Shown here in pieces: positions 34,987 to 49,413 of a stretch of 64,000 nt of DNA (its first letter is position 1; each line of letters opens with the position of its first letter). The stretch lies in NCBI GenBank assembly GCA_951406725.2, contig OX597817.1:170252001-170316000 (forward strand). The letters are read 5' to 3'. The notes under the pieces are model-generated. The model had not been told where the DNA came from. It did not search any database and saw nothing but the letters and a program-made list of their open reading frames with translations. This stretch comes from Octopus vulgaris. Taxonomy: Eukaryota. The translations under genes and the position numbers were made by a program.

Positions 34987-36599
34987 GAAATCGCTGACTG
35001 TCCAAGTGAAGAAACGAAGTTGCGGTTTCGCCTCCGAATCAAACTTGATCGAACAGGGCCCACGATGAAAGGTATTTCAGGGGTAATAAATCCATTATTC
35101 TTCAAGTATGTGAGACTAGATGCCCCATTTGAGACGATAGGTGGTGATTTGAGGAAGACTTGGCTGATATTTCTAGCAGGTCGAGCAACTACTTAGAGGC
35201 TCGCTGGCTCGTATAATATATTCTGAGATAAGATTTGGACCTTCAACACAAATGATGACCATTACAAGTTACTTTCAGTTGTATAACTAAATTAATGTTC
35301 ACCACATCAAAGCATCGCGTATTTTTAATTCAATGAAATCCTATCTTCCGAAGATGAGACATAATTTCCCTCACACATCAATGTCCATATCATAAAGGAC
35401 TCGACAAAAAGCTGCTGATCCAAACATAATCAAATGATTTCCAAGTGAATCTCAATAATTGTTATTATTTCCAAGCAGTTAAGGTCATTCAGAAATAAAT
35501 AAATAGGTACAATGTCCATGTAGAGCGGGAGCCTTTATTCTATTTGTGATCATGTAGGGGTTGAAGCCTTTTTAATAAACAATAAGGGGCTGATTATTCG
35601 TAAAAAATTTCAGTTATCTCTTTCTTTCACACATTACTCCGTCTCTTCACACACACTAACAGAAGCACTTCACTTACACAACATACTGTCTGTCTCCCAC
35701 ACCCCATCAAACACACACACACACACATGTACATCAATGCTTCCCATGCACGGTAACTTCAAAAGAACTTCCCTCGTCATACAATCGCTTTGTCTTAGTC
35801 TCTTTCGCTCTCATTACTTCAAAAGTTCCCGCAAGCCCATATGTAAAAAAAACAAAAATTTTTTACGGAAATCGACGGAAAGGTCTACTAGAGACGAAAG
35901 ATTGTCACACAGGCGCACACAAAGTAAGGGACTCGTTAATATTAATAGAATTATGCGTGGTTTTAATTAGTGGCTTCCACGGTTTTTGGACACAATCAAA
36001 CTTGTCCATGTTACACTACAGATATTTTAATAGGATAGATTAGACAGAAAAACCCCCCAAACATTTAATGAACATGTAACAATGGAAATAAGAGATAAAC
36101 TATGAGAGAGAACGGTTTTTGAAGCTGGTAGAATGTATAATAGAGTCAGAAATAAATATTATTGTCGACATTGGAGCAGCAGCATGGGTTTCTGCTGTGC
36201 TTTAAACATAGAAACCATTTGGTTTTAGGACATGATTTGACTTTAAATGTTCTTATATAGGAAGAGGAAAGTTTTGAAGTTCTTTGTTGACAATCAGTCG
36301 ACTGGAAAACAGTAAATCTATGAAATATTTTACTCACCGGGATGAAAAAACACGACTGGACAATAGAGAAATGAGGGAGATGACACAGCACACCGGAAAC
36401 AGTAACTAGGGCCGCAGTGAATTCTATCGTTATTTCATTAGAGTTTCACATTCGACAATATATCTTAACAGATAATTTTATACTTATTATATATTCGTCA
36501 TTTTAATGTTGGAATAAATACTTAGATAATTTTTTTTATCACCGTTGTTGTTGTTTTTTTTTTTTAATGATTACGAGGGGGAAATTCTGTGCTGCTTAG

Positions 36600-36682
36600 C
36601 TGTAACAACTCATCTTCAGTTGATTGAATGAACTTGAGTAAACAAGATGGAGAACTTGCCGAAAATTCCCAGCCCGAACCAG
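36600..36682 (+). other. Candidate early exon of an unidentified plus-strand gene, head-to-head with PSMA5
   Basis: Strong CAG|GTGAGG donor at 36682/36683 in a repeat-poor, CpG-containing region. Short ATG-initiated frames (MNLSKQDGELAENSQPEP, MENLPKIPSNQ-like) have no recognisable homology. Confidence 0.3.
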
Positions 36683-38142
36683 GTGAGGAAATCGTCGGAT
36701 TTAAGCACTTTATAAATGAAATGTCGAGTTTTAGGATATTATTTGAAAAAAAAATAGACTCAGTAACTTTTATCTCGAAGTATAATGTCTTTAGATGTCG
36801 TGTTATCTGTTGCTAAATTATTTTTCTTTACTCTTCGTTTCATATTACTACACACACACACACCCTCTCTCTTTCTCTCTCTATCAAGGTGTTAGACACT
36901 GTCTGTCCTCTTTATATCTTATTCTAAGTTAGTTTTGATAATATATTAAAGCAGTTCACTTACTGAATCAGAAAATACGACTGTCGTAGTTGCAACTATG
37001 ACATGTCTCATATTCTTGATCTTTTATTATTATCATTATATATATTCCACTTCTGATTATCTCTCCTCTGCTTCATCTAATTCACGACTGATTTTACCAA
37101 CAGAACATATTTTCTGAGACATTATCAAGCATTTATCTTCATTATTATTAATATAATTTTAAAGATATCTCTAATTTATTTCCCTCTATATGTTCCTTGG
37201 ACGATTAAACGATTTGATCGGACAAAACGCTTCATAATCATTTCATTGCTTGTCAAACCTTTCAAATTATACACTCACATTCTTTCCTTTTATTTAACTG
37301 TTACGTTTCCTTATATCTCGGGTAACCTGTTTCTTTTAAATCAAACCTAATGCATTGCACATAATATATTCCTGCTGCCTCCTAAATTCACCCTCCCCTC
37401 AACTTGGTCTACACCAGTTTTCATCATGTAGTAGCAGAATGCCACGACCACTCTGCTGCCACTTCGACTCCTGCTCAGTACCACCAGCCAGCCAGCCTAC
37501 TATATATATTTACTATTGTAATAACAGCAATTTTCTTAAATGATATACCTTAATGCAATTCTCTAATGCACAAGGAAGAAGCGTGAAACACTGACTAGTT
37601 GCTCGCTTTCTGCCTATCATTGTTTGATTGCTTTACCTGTTCGTGTGAGTGAGTGTTGCTGCTCGATTGCCAAAGGAAATGACAGTTGTAAATAGTGAAA
37701 CGAGATAATTTTATGTCTAACCATTAAACATACTTAAGAATTGTACCATTGGGTGAGTGTCAATCTGGAAAACAACCTCTTGTTTTCATCGGTTTATTCT
37801 TAACTCATCCAAAATAGATTTACAAACTATTATAAATTGTTACCCTGCTTCGTCTCTCTCTCTCTATCTCTGTCTCGTTTTTTCTTTATAGAGTTAAAAA
37901 AACACTAAAAACAAATTATATATTGAATTATTTTGACTCGTAATCTACGAGTTATAGATGTTAACGCATACATATTTTCCTCCCAGTCTCACTTACACAA
38001 ACATAGAATGTGTATATAAATACATATATACGAGAACACATTACTGTATGGTTAACACCATATAGTTTTCTGGTGCATCTAAGTTAAGTACCATATTCAA
38101 GTAAATTCTTTGGAATTGACTTGAATCTTAATTGCTTTTATT

Positions 38143-38335
38143 AAATACATACATATATATATATATAGGTGCGTATATGTGTGAGGGGGGGAGAGAGAGA
38201 GAGGAGTCGATAGAGAAATGAGCAGGTGTATATATATATAAATGTGTATATAAATACATATATATATATATAGGTGCGTATATGTGTGAGGGAGGGAGAG
38301 AGAGAGAGAGGAGTCGATAGAGAAATGAGCAGGTG
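38143..38335 (+). repeat. Tandem direct duplication of an ~85-bp TA/GA-rich unit
   Basis: ggtgcgtatatgtgtgaggg...gaggagtcgatagagaaatgagcaggtg occurs twice. Confidence 0.9.
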
Positions 38336-38619
38336 ATCAATAATAATAATCTATTCATTGATGAGTAACACAAATCACGATAATAATAGATTATAACGGA
38401 TTTATTCGTTAACGTTTTTTTCCTCGGATCGATTTACTTTGTTCTAGATTCTAAAACCTTCATCTAATTTACATGAAATCATCTTGGTTCATTAACCCTG
38501 TCATGTGAGATACAACCTTGCTCGCCTCTCCTGATTGATATATCGGATACGGGTACCCACCACGCTTGGTCATTACTGTTGATATGTGAGACACATATAC
38601 CCAGTCTTACATGGCATTG

Positions 38620-38645
<26 letters not shown>

Positions 38646-38657
<12 letters not shown>

Positions 38658-38852
38658 AATTAAGGACTGGACACGAAAAGTGGACAATCAACATGCTAGA
38701 TATAGACGTCAAATCGCCATTCTCCACAAAGATTATGTTCTCAAAACAATGTTTCGAGAACATAATCTTTGTGGAGAATGGCGATTTGACGTCTATATCT
38801 AGCATGTTGATTGTCCACTTTTCGTGTCCAGTCCTTAATTGGTATATATATA
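38646..38852. repeat. 207-bp near-perfect palindrome (one mismatch, 1-nt centre)
   Basis: Pairing is symmetric about 38749; the only mismatch is A38743/C38755; (TA)n on both sides. Confidence 0.97.
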
Positions 38853-38936
38853 AATATTTTAATCTTCGGATTCTTTTTAATATGCTAGACCACTGGTTTT
38901 AATTGATAACTATATCAATTTCTACCCTTAATTAAT

Positions 38937-38974
<38 letters not shown>

Positions 38975-41900
38975 ATAGACATATCCACTCCTGCACACAT
39001 ACCTATATAATCGAGACACGTATACTAACTAACGTCCTGCATTCAACGTCAGTTATGCCTGCCACCTTATAAAATCCTACCCTATCATCCGTAACATCAT
39101 TCTACACATGACCACATCTTCAGACAACGGTTTATATATTATTTATTACCATCACAATTGTAAAAACTGACCACAAGCGTTGACAGTTTCACCAACCGTA
39201 ACTGCTACCTTTTCTTTTTCCCATCTTATTAGTAAAATGATAATTACATATTTGGAATGTCTACAGTTTTCGGGAGGATAATAAATGCTTCTTATTTATA
39301 GTTTATGATTGCTTTTTCTTGGTCCTTGAACATCGGAAAGAGAGAGATACCTGTCATTTAAGATGTTCAAATGCACACAGTCTTTTTAGTGGTCGTTATG
39401 ATTTTCGTGTTGGAGACTTGAGAAGACTCATTAATTACGTAGCTTTCATCTTTTTGGGGCGATTTTTCTGTCTTTCCAAACCCCTCCACCACCGACCACC
39501 ACTATCGATTTTCAAATATACTAGATGTGTAGGCGTATTTTCCGATCTAGTCGACCGACTCCTGTACCGCCACTACCACGTCCTCCTTACTACGTAGGGC
39601 CACTGCTACTACCCTCGAGCTCCTTCTTTACTGACTACTGTAAGTGGCACCCCACATTTTAATGTACATTCTTATTCCTTTTAATATTGGGACCACCACT
39701 ACTCAACGACAACTCCTGTCCCGATCGTTCCCGACCACTGAAAAAAACTTAATAAATAATCCCACACACTCACACTTATGTTTATCTCTGTTATTCGCAG
39801 TTTGAGAAATACTATTACTATTATTATTATTATTATTATTATCATCATCATCATCATCGTCGTTCGTTTCTGTAATTACTGATTAGCAAATTACTTCACG
39901 ATTCTCCTTGTTATTGCTGCCTCCTCCTTTGCTCCCGCCTTGCATAATCAAGGTGATCCATTTTCTTTCCGTCAGTCTCTTAGATTCAGAAACCAATTTC
40001 ATTGATCTGTGTTCTCTAGTATGACTATTTCTCAATCGGGCGGTTTTCTTTTAAATTACGCTAGTCTTCTGGCTGATATTTCTAGGTTACATTATAGCAT
40101 TATGCAGGGGGATATTTTTAAGAAGCTGACACATTTTATAATTCCATCACTTGGATTTATTATCTAAAGATGTGTACACACGTCTCTTCCATCTTACCTC
40201 GGACACTGCCCAACTTGTTGCTTCATTCCATTATCAGGATAAATAATCGTTTATTACCTTCTGTGTTATGGGGTGGGTTGGTCTTTCATTTTTCGTTGGC
40301 ACCATATTTCATGTTTCTGGTTATCTTTGAAAATATTTATGAAAGTAAAAGATGATATAATGAAAAAAAAAAAGAAGTTAAGAGAAATAGCAATCGTATA
40401 TCTTATGTCCATATATATGTGTGTATTTGATACATTATCATCATTATATAAATATATGTGTGTGATATATTATAATCACTAATTATGTATATATATGTAT
40501 GTATCTGCCTTCTAGGCTTTCTTCTCCACTTAATAAATATTCTCATTTAAATTCAATAATATCTTTTTATATAATCTTTTTGCACTCATGCTGAACACTT
40601 GCAAGAATTCTTCATTCAGTTTCAGGAATCCATTATAGGAGTCACAGGCCAAAGCTGGTTCCTAGTCTCTGTCCTCTCAGCGGAATGGATTAATGTGTGG
40701 GTTGTAAATTATTCAGTATTATTGATACCGGGGATATTTTTGACCAGCTAAAAAAGAATTGTTGTTACTCACTGTGAAAGACTTAATGTAATTGTCTCAA
40801 CATATTTACATAATTTTTTTTTTCTTTCTTTGGAAAAGGTTAATCTTCTTTATCTGATTTATATCTGCAATTTAGGTTAATTAACTGTTAAACTTTGGCC
40901 TCTTGAAAAATTTGATGAAATCAATTATTGACTACATTACAAAGGCCTTTTTATGTTAGGCATTGGTTGAAAGTAGCAGAGACTTTATTTTCATTCTTTG
41001 TATGAGATGTCAATTGATAAGTTAGCAACACATTAAGTGTTTTGATTCATTTTGTGGAATATTCTGTTATTTTTACACTGGTGACCTACACTGCAGATTG
41101 CTTCACTTCAGTGATGCCTAGCAATATATTCAACTGAAAATGGATTTCAATGTCATCAAAGTGACCCCTAAAAGTTGTGTCTTAATTGCAACTGTGTATA
41201 GGATACTAATTAATAAAATTGAATGGCACACTTGGTTTATGTTGAAGAATTGGGAAGGTGCTAATATTTCAAGACATTTCTATTTGCTAGTAAATGCAAA
41301 AACAAAATAACTAAAATTTTCAATATTTTCAAAAAATTTCATGCAGAAAGAGAAAGTTAATTGATTATGTAATGCTATATTGTGCTTTGAATATCATTAT
41401 ATTTCTTTCCATTCCATTATTGAATAATGTTTTGCATTATTAAATGTCATTCAAAGACGACAGGCTGGCAGAATCAGGAGTGTGTCAGACAAAACGCTTT
41501 AATGGCATTACTTCCGGAATTTTTATGTCTGAGTTCAAATTCCATTGAGGCCAGTTTTGCCTTTCATCCTTTCAGGGATGATAAAATAAGTACCAGTTAA
41601 GCATTGGAACAATGGAATCGGCTAGCTCTCTTTCCACTAAATAGCTGGCCTTGTGCCTATCGTTGAAAGTATTATTAAATGTCACTCTGAACTAGGAAGA
41701 AAACTAGTTATCCATTCAAGCTGATTGGGCCAAGTAGATGTATGTACAATACTTGGGGCTAATCTAGTAAGATTTCAATTGACCTGTGGTTATAATCACG
41801 GTGCATCGGTAATAGTATTTGGCTAATTAAATAATTTGTTCATATGTTTTATTTTACTAAAGAGTTATAACTAACAGCTATATATATATATTAAAAAAAA

Positions 41901-43081
41901 AAAAATCTGCCATTTGATCCTGATCTCATTTTTATTGAGTCTTCCTTCTTTTAATGGTTTCAACTGAACTTCTTATGACACAGTGTGTGCATTTATTTGT
42001 TAAGTTTCCTGACATAATGTATGTATTTATCTGACAAGTGTCTTTCCAAAATAATGGTAGAATTTTAACTGTGAACATTACATAACAATTCAATATGTTT
42101 TTGTGAACATTTCATAACAGCTGGACATGTCCTAATTCAGCTCATGGTGTTCTTTTGACAGATATCAAACCCAGGTTATGGATACGTCACTTTGTTAGTT
42201 ATTAGCAGAATATCCTGTCATGTTAGCATTGACTGATGCATTATCTTGTAGAGATAAAACAGTAAAAGTAGCAAATAAAAATAGTTCTTGTTACCTGTTT
42301 GAGAAGATGGAATAGCAGATAACCTATTTCTTTACTACCCATAGGGGGCTAAACATAGAGGGGACAAAAAAGGACAGACACACGGATTAAGTCGATTACA
42401 TCGACCCCAGTGCGTAACTGGTACTTAATTTATCGACCCCGAAAAGATGAAAGGCAAAGTCGACCTCGGTGGAATTTGAACTCAGAACGTAACGGCAGAC
42501 GAAATACCGCTAAGCGTTTCGCCCGGTGTGCTAACGTTTCTGCCAGCTCGCAGATAACTTGTAGTAGTGTTGGTAAAGTAGGTGTTTGACAAACAATAGA
42601 TAAATGGTTTGATTTCTGTTAGTGCATATGTCACTCTTCCCTGCTCGAATTTGTGCTTATAATATTCTAATATGACTTAAACATGTCCTCCGGAAGATTA
42701 TATATATATTACAACCAGATAGTTCTTCATGAACATTACTTAAGAGGTAGATAGGCATCATGGCATGCTTATGGGGTTAAGAGTCCACTCTGCTGGGTGG
42801 TTGGTGTTAGGAAGTGCATCCAGCCGTAAAAGCCGTGCCAAACACAGACACACAAGTCTGGTGCAGTCTTTTGCCTGGCTAGCCCCTGTCAAACTGTTCA
42901 ACCCATGTCGGCATGGAAGGCAGACGTCCAATGATGATGATGCTTGCTTTGTAACCATGTGGTTTTAGGTCCAGTTTTACTCTGCAGCACCTCAGATTAC
43001 TGTCTTGTACCGTAGCCTTCAGGCCAATCAATGACTTGTGAGTGAATTTGGTAGATAGAAAAGTATGTGGAAACCTGTTGC

Positions 43082-43113
<32 letters not shown>

Positions 43114-43459
43114 CTTCAACATCACTTGACAACTGGTGTTCATTTAAAACTTAGTGGTTTGGCAAAAGTGACTGATAGAATAAGTGACTTGAAAGAAATA
43201 AGAAACGCAGATGAGACCAGTTTGTTCAACTAAAACCCTTCAGGGCAATGCCCTAGCGTCGCCACAGTCCAAGACTGTAAGAAGTAGAAGATTAAATTAC
43301 ATGTTAGATAGATATATTCTCAAAATGCAATAATGGAAATATTACAATCAAAGTTGATATTGTTTGCACAATTAGCTACAACAGATAATATGTGCCATTT
43401 CACCGAGCTATGATAATACAAATAGGTAACTGGTAATGAATTTGTTTTAGTAATATGTC

Positions 43460-43547
43460 TAATATGAGTTAGTTACGTTCTAAAGAATATTGCAGAATAA
43501 TGAATATTATTCTGTAATGTTCTTTAGGACATAAGTAACTCATGTTA
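43460..43547. repeat. Imperfect ~88-nt hairpin
   Basis: About 40-bp arms, 4-nt loop GAAT; most differences are G.U on the + strand. Confidence 0.8.
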
Positions 43548-45479
43548 TGAATACTGCATAAAAACTTGATAAGTGTTTATGAACATTGCATAACAGTTAG
43601 GTATGCCTTCAAAATGAGATGCTGGAAATGTATAAAAGTCAGAGTTGTTAGTATTTCCAATGATATTCACCACAGATATAAGTCAATAAGTGCCAGTACC
43701 ATTTGAACAAGATGTGATGACACAGATAATGAATTAATAATGAATGCATTGATATGATAATCTCTATTATCATTTTGGCACAATTATTGTTTCACTGCAG
43801 TTTCAGAGTATATGTGTGTGTGTGTGTGTGTATGCATGTATGTATATATATTGAGAGAGAGATGCAGGTGTGGCTGTGTGGTAAGAATTTGGGCGGAGAG
43901 CTGGCAGAAATGTGAGGACCCGGGCGAAATGCTTAGCGATATTTCGTCTGTCTTTATGTTCTGTGTTCAAAGTCCGGCGAGGTTGACTTTGCCTTTCATC
44001 CTTTCAGGGTCAATAAATTAAGTACCAGTTACGTACTGGGGTCGATGTAATCGACTTAATCCCTTTGTCTGTCCTTGTTTGTCCCCTCTATGTTTAGCCC
44101 CTTGTGGGCAATAAAGAAATAAGAATTTGCTTCCCAACCACATGGTTCTGGGTTCAGGCCCACTGCATAGCACCTTCAGTGAGTGTCTTCTGCTATAGTC
44201 CAGGGCCAATGGAAACTGAAAGAAGCCCATTGTGCATATATATGTATGTGTGTGTGTGTGTGTATGAGTTTGTTTCTCTTTGTCTTGACATCATGTGATT
44301 GTTGTAAAGGATTGTCACTATCATTCATTTCCAATATTCTGTGAGAACATGTCTGGCCATGGGGAAATATTACCTTGCTTGGAAACAAGTGAAGGTTAGC
44401 AACAAGAAGGGCATCTAGCCATAGAAAATCTGCATCTGCAAATCTCCATCTGACCCATGCAAGCATAGAAAAGTGAACGTTAAAAATGATGATCATTGTC
44501 AGCATTAGTACATCATCATTTGTGTTTTACATTCGCATTGCCATGAGGGCATAGGACAGTTGGTTTTGTAGCTGGACATCCTTCTTGCCATTAACTCTTT
44601 TAGTTACCTCTTATGACATGGAAGGATGTGCTGTACCTACTCTAAAACTAGCACACATATGGCAATCCTCCTCCTCATCATAACATTTCCAGAGTGTCAA
44701 ATGTCGATTCATACTCCTTGATATTAACTCATCAGCATGTTATTTGATAACTACATGTAGTTTGTGTGTACAGTTAGAGATTGAGATCTCACTTGGAAAT
44801 CATGACCACACTTGTCTCTAGAGTTGCAGCCTGTAACTACATTTATAGCCTATGATCACACTTGTTGCATGTGACTGCAATCGCAGTGTCCACAATCCAT
44901 TTACTCCTGATAGCGTTATTGGAAGTCCTGGACATAGTAGTGGCCTAAAATTAGCAGTGGTCAGTTGATCACTGGTTCATCTTCTTAACTGTATTTACAT
45001 CATTGAATTTCCATAACTTTAGCAGAGCAGCAATAAAGGGTCTGTAATATCAATATATCACATCAGTCACAAGGGGGTCGGGCTTTTTAGCTCTGGTCTC
45101 ATCATATGAAGTCTTGGCTATTTATTGCAAGTAATGTTTCCAGGTGGTCATGCTACCTTTGCCTCCTGGCAGCCAGGTGAGCTGAGGTAATGAGGATTAA
45201 AATCTGTACAAGAACACTGGGAAACAGAAGCAGATTTGAACTCGCAGCCAATACTATTTCTACTCAACCACCTTGTTCTATCAAATAATTGAAGAGACAA
45301 TCATGTAAAAATTTAAATATCAGTTTTGGCTCTGTGGTAAAAAGCTTGCTTGCCAACCACATGGTTCTGGGTTCAGTCCCACTGCATGGCATTTTGGACA
45401 AGTGTTTTCTTCTATAGCTTCGGGCTTAGCAAAACCTTGTGAGTGGATTTGGTAGACGGAAACTGAAAGAAGCCCATCG

Positions 45480-45519
<40 letters not shown>

Positions 45520-45679
45520 AAATGAGAAAATGGAGAAACATACCTAAATCAATCATCAACCATCAGATAATACCCAATCAATACTTTATTAAACCATTAC
45601 ACCACAGCAATGATATTATACATTGATATAGTACAAATATAACAAGACATAGAAATACAACCCCTATCTAATTTTATAA

Positions 45680-45725
<46 letters not shown>

Positions 45726-46678
45726 TATATATATGTGTGTGTGTGTGTTTGTCCGCCTTCATCTCTTGACAACCAGTGTTGATGCGTTTACAACCCCATT
45801 GTTAGAATAAGTAGTAGACTTTAAAAGAATAAGTACTGTTTGACTAAAACCCTTCAAAGTGGTGCCCCAGCATGACCGCAGTCAAATAACTCGAACAAGC
45901 AAAAGTAACTCTCCATTGTCTTCACACAGCCATCGCTGTATGGTCGGAAAGTTTGCTTGCCAACCACATGGTTTTGGGTTCAGTTCCACTGTGTGGCACC
46001 TTAGGTGTCTCCTTTTATAGGCCTAGGCTCACCAAAGTTTTGTGGGTGAATTTGGTAGATGGAAACTGAAAGAAATCCCATCATGCCTACAGGTACCTGT
46101 GTGAATATGCATGTGTGTTGATGTCTCCTTGTCTTGATATTGTTTCATTGATGTAAATGAATGTGATTCATTTCTAATATTCTGTAGAAACATGTCTGGG
46201 CATGGCAAAATATTACCTTGTTCGGAATCAGGTAAGTGTTGGGAGCAGGAAGAGCATTCCAGCCATAGAAAACCTGCTTCAATAAACTCTGTCCCATGCA
46301 AGTATGGAAGAGTTAAAACAATGCCAATGAATCTCATATCCATGTGTGTATATGTATGTATGTATGTGTTCGTGGCCGTTGCCAGCCTCGCCTGGCCCCG
46401 TGCCGGTGGCACGTAAAAAGCACCATCCGATCGTGGCACGTAAAAAGCACCATCCGACTGTGGCCGTTTGCCAGCCTCGTCTGGCACCTGTGCCGGTGGC
46501 ACATAAAAAGCACCCACTACACTCATGGAATGGTTGGCGTTAGGAAGGGCATCCAGCTGTAGAAACACTGCCAGATCAGACTGGGCCTGGTGCAGCCTTT
46601 TGGCTTCCCAGACCCCAGTTGCACCTTCCAACCCATGCCAGCATGGAAAGCGGACGCTAAACGATGATGATGATGATG

Positions 46679-46718
<40 letters not shown>

Positions 46719-47390
46719 ATATGTATGTATATACATGCCTTTATACAAACATACACCTGTACATATCTACACATATACGTATGAATATGTATGTGTTTAC
46801 ACACACACACACACATTACATATTTATGTTGGTTTTTCTATGCTAGAATGGATTAGATGTATATATTGTGGTATTGCTTAACAGCCAGGGTCTCCTTCTG
46901 TCCCTAACACATGGCTGTGTTTCACACAAGAGCCCTCTTATTCTACATGTGTTCAAAAGTGAGAGTGAGTAGAAAGTTTCTTCACAGAGAGAATGGCTAC
47001 ACACCAGCTTATGGTTCAGTGATTTGGAAGAATGAGTAGAGATGACTTTTTCGAGGGAATAATTTTTATTTTAATCTTAATAATAGTGTTTACAGTGTAT
47101 GTAAAGACACTTTATTTCACGTTGCTCCAGTTCACTCAGCTGTAGAAACGAGTTGCCACGTCACAGGTGATAAGCTGCATCAGCCTTTGCCTTTCATTTG
47201 GATAACATCGGTGGCATGGAGAGGGGAAACTGGTATGCATGGGCGACTGCTGGTCTTCCATAAACAACCTTGCCCGGACTTGTGCTTGGGAGGGTAACTT
47301 TCTAGGTGCAATCCTATGGTCAGTCATGACTGAAGGGGGCCTCAGCAGCGATATATATATACATGTATATATATATATATATAAAATATT

Positions 47391-47568
47391 ATTAGAGACA
47401 AAACCACTATTTTGCAAAACAAACAAGGAAAGACTTAATCAATACATAAAATTTTAATAAATAGTCAAAAAAACCGCCACTACAATTTTTTTGACTATTT
47501 ATTAAAATTTTATGTATTGATTAAGTCTTTCCTTGTTTGTTTTGCAAAATAGTGGTTTTGTCTCTAAT
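47391..47568. repeat. Perfect inverted repeat, 83-bp arms, 12-nt loop
   Basis: Arms 47391-47473 and 47486-47568; loop ccgccactacaa; TA-rich flanks. Confidence 0.96.
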
Positions 47569-48178
47569 TTATTATAATATAATATTTTACTATAAAATTG
47601 GATTTAATCCTAAATCTGATTTTTTCCCTGTAAATTTGGATTTATTCCCTAATATTTATTATTATATATATATATATATATATAAAGAGAGTGAGAGTAA
47701 TGAAAGTTTCCATCAACTAAATTCACTTACAAAACTATGATCAGCTCATGGCTCCAACAGATGCTTGCTCAAGGTGCCATACAGAGAGTTTGAACCAGAA
47801 ATCACATAGTTGTGAAATGAACTTCTTAACTACACAGCCATGCACATATATCATTATCATCTTCATCTAATGTTCCTTTTCCATACTGGCACTGGTTGGA
47901 TAGTTTGACAGGAGTTGATGAACCAGAGGACGCTGCTATATCCCAGGGTCAGTTTTGGCATGGTTTCTACAGCTGGGTACCCTTCCTAACATCAACCACT
48001 TTACAGAGTGTACTGGGTGCTTTTTATATGGCATCACCACTAGTGAGGTCACCAGGTACTTGCATGGCAAGAGCCCTCAACTTAGTGGGATATAATATTG
48101 AAGGATGTGAATGTATGATAGAGAGATAGGAACTAGTGCCTTGCTGAAGAAGTGAATACATGGCTTCCCTTGATGGAA

Positions 48179-48209
<31 letters not shown>

Positions 48210-48725
48210 TGATAAGGGTTCTATATTTAAGAGATGAGGAATAAAAAAAATTTAAAATATACATACATAAATAGTCACATGTATATATACATTTATATAT
48301 TTATGCATATATTTCTAGTTGTCTAATTTATATATACTGTAATCTTGTGCACTTATATATGTGTACTGGCATATATTTTGTATGAATATGTGTAGATATT
48401 GTGTTTATTATGTGCATATGTGAATACATATATTTGCATAAACCTGCATTTTTCCCCCTCAAACAGTATTACATATATATATATATATATATACATGCAC
48501 ACACATAGATATAAGTGTGTGTGTGTGTGCGGTTTTGAATATAACCAACTTTTATGTATTTGAATGCTTTCTGAAATAAACATACACTTCATTTTAATTG
48601 GCTCCAAGGAAGCTATAGGATGTTGTGTAAGCTCTCTGCTGTGAGTGCACAGTTTCTGAAAGCAAAAACAGCTGTAAGCTAATAAAAGGGATCATGTAAC
48701 TCCTGTTCTTTCGTCATTCATTAAT

Positions 48726-48766
<41 letters not shown>

Positions 48767-49079
48767 GTCCAACCCGTGCTAGCGCGGAAAACGGATGTTA
48801 AACGATGATGATAATGATGATATATATATATATATACATGCGAGCACGGAAAAGTGAATGTTAAATGATGATGATGATGATATATAAGAATATGAATTGT
48901 GTGTGTATAGACATAGGCATAGCTGTGTGGTAAGCAGTTTGCTTCCTAACCACATGGTTCTGGGTTCAGTCCCATAGTGTGCACCTTGGGCAAGTGTCTT
49001 TTACTGTAGCCTCAGGCTGACCAAAAGTCTTGTGAGTGGATTTGGCTGGCAGAAATTGAAAGAAGCCTGTCATATATAC

Positions 49080-49128
<49 letters not shown>

Positions 49129-49413
49129 TACTGGAGTCAATTTACTTGACTAAAAATTTTTCAAGGCAGTACCCCAGCATGGCCGCAGTCTAATGACTGA
49201 AACAAGTAAAAGATAAAAGATATATATATATATTCCAGCATGACCAAGCCGTGTAGCTGAAATGAGTATATCTTCCTCTCTTCGTTCTTCTTTTTTTCTC
49301 CATTTTCTTTTTTCTCTGCTTCATCTCATTTCCCTTCTACTATAATACCAAACAGCAAGAAGCTTATATATATATATATATATATATATAGATGTGCAAA
49401 TTCTATTATTTCT

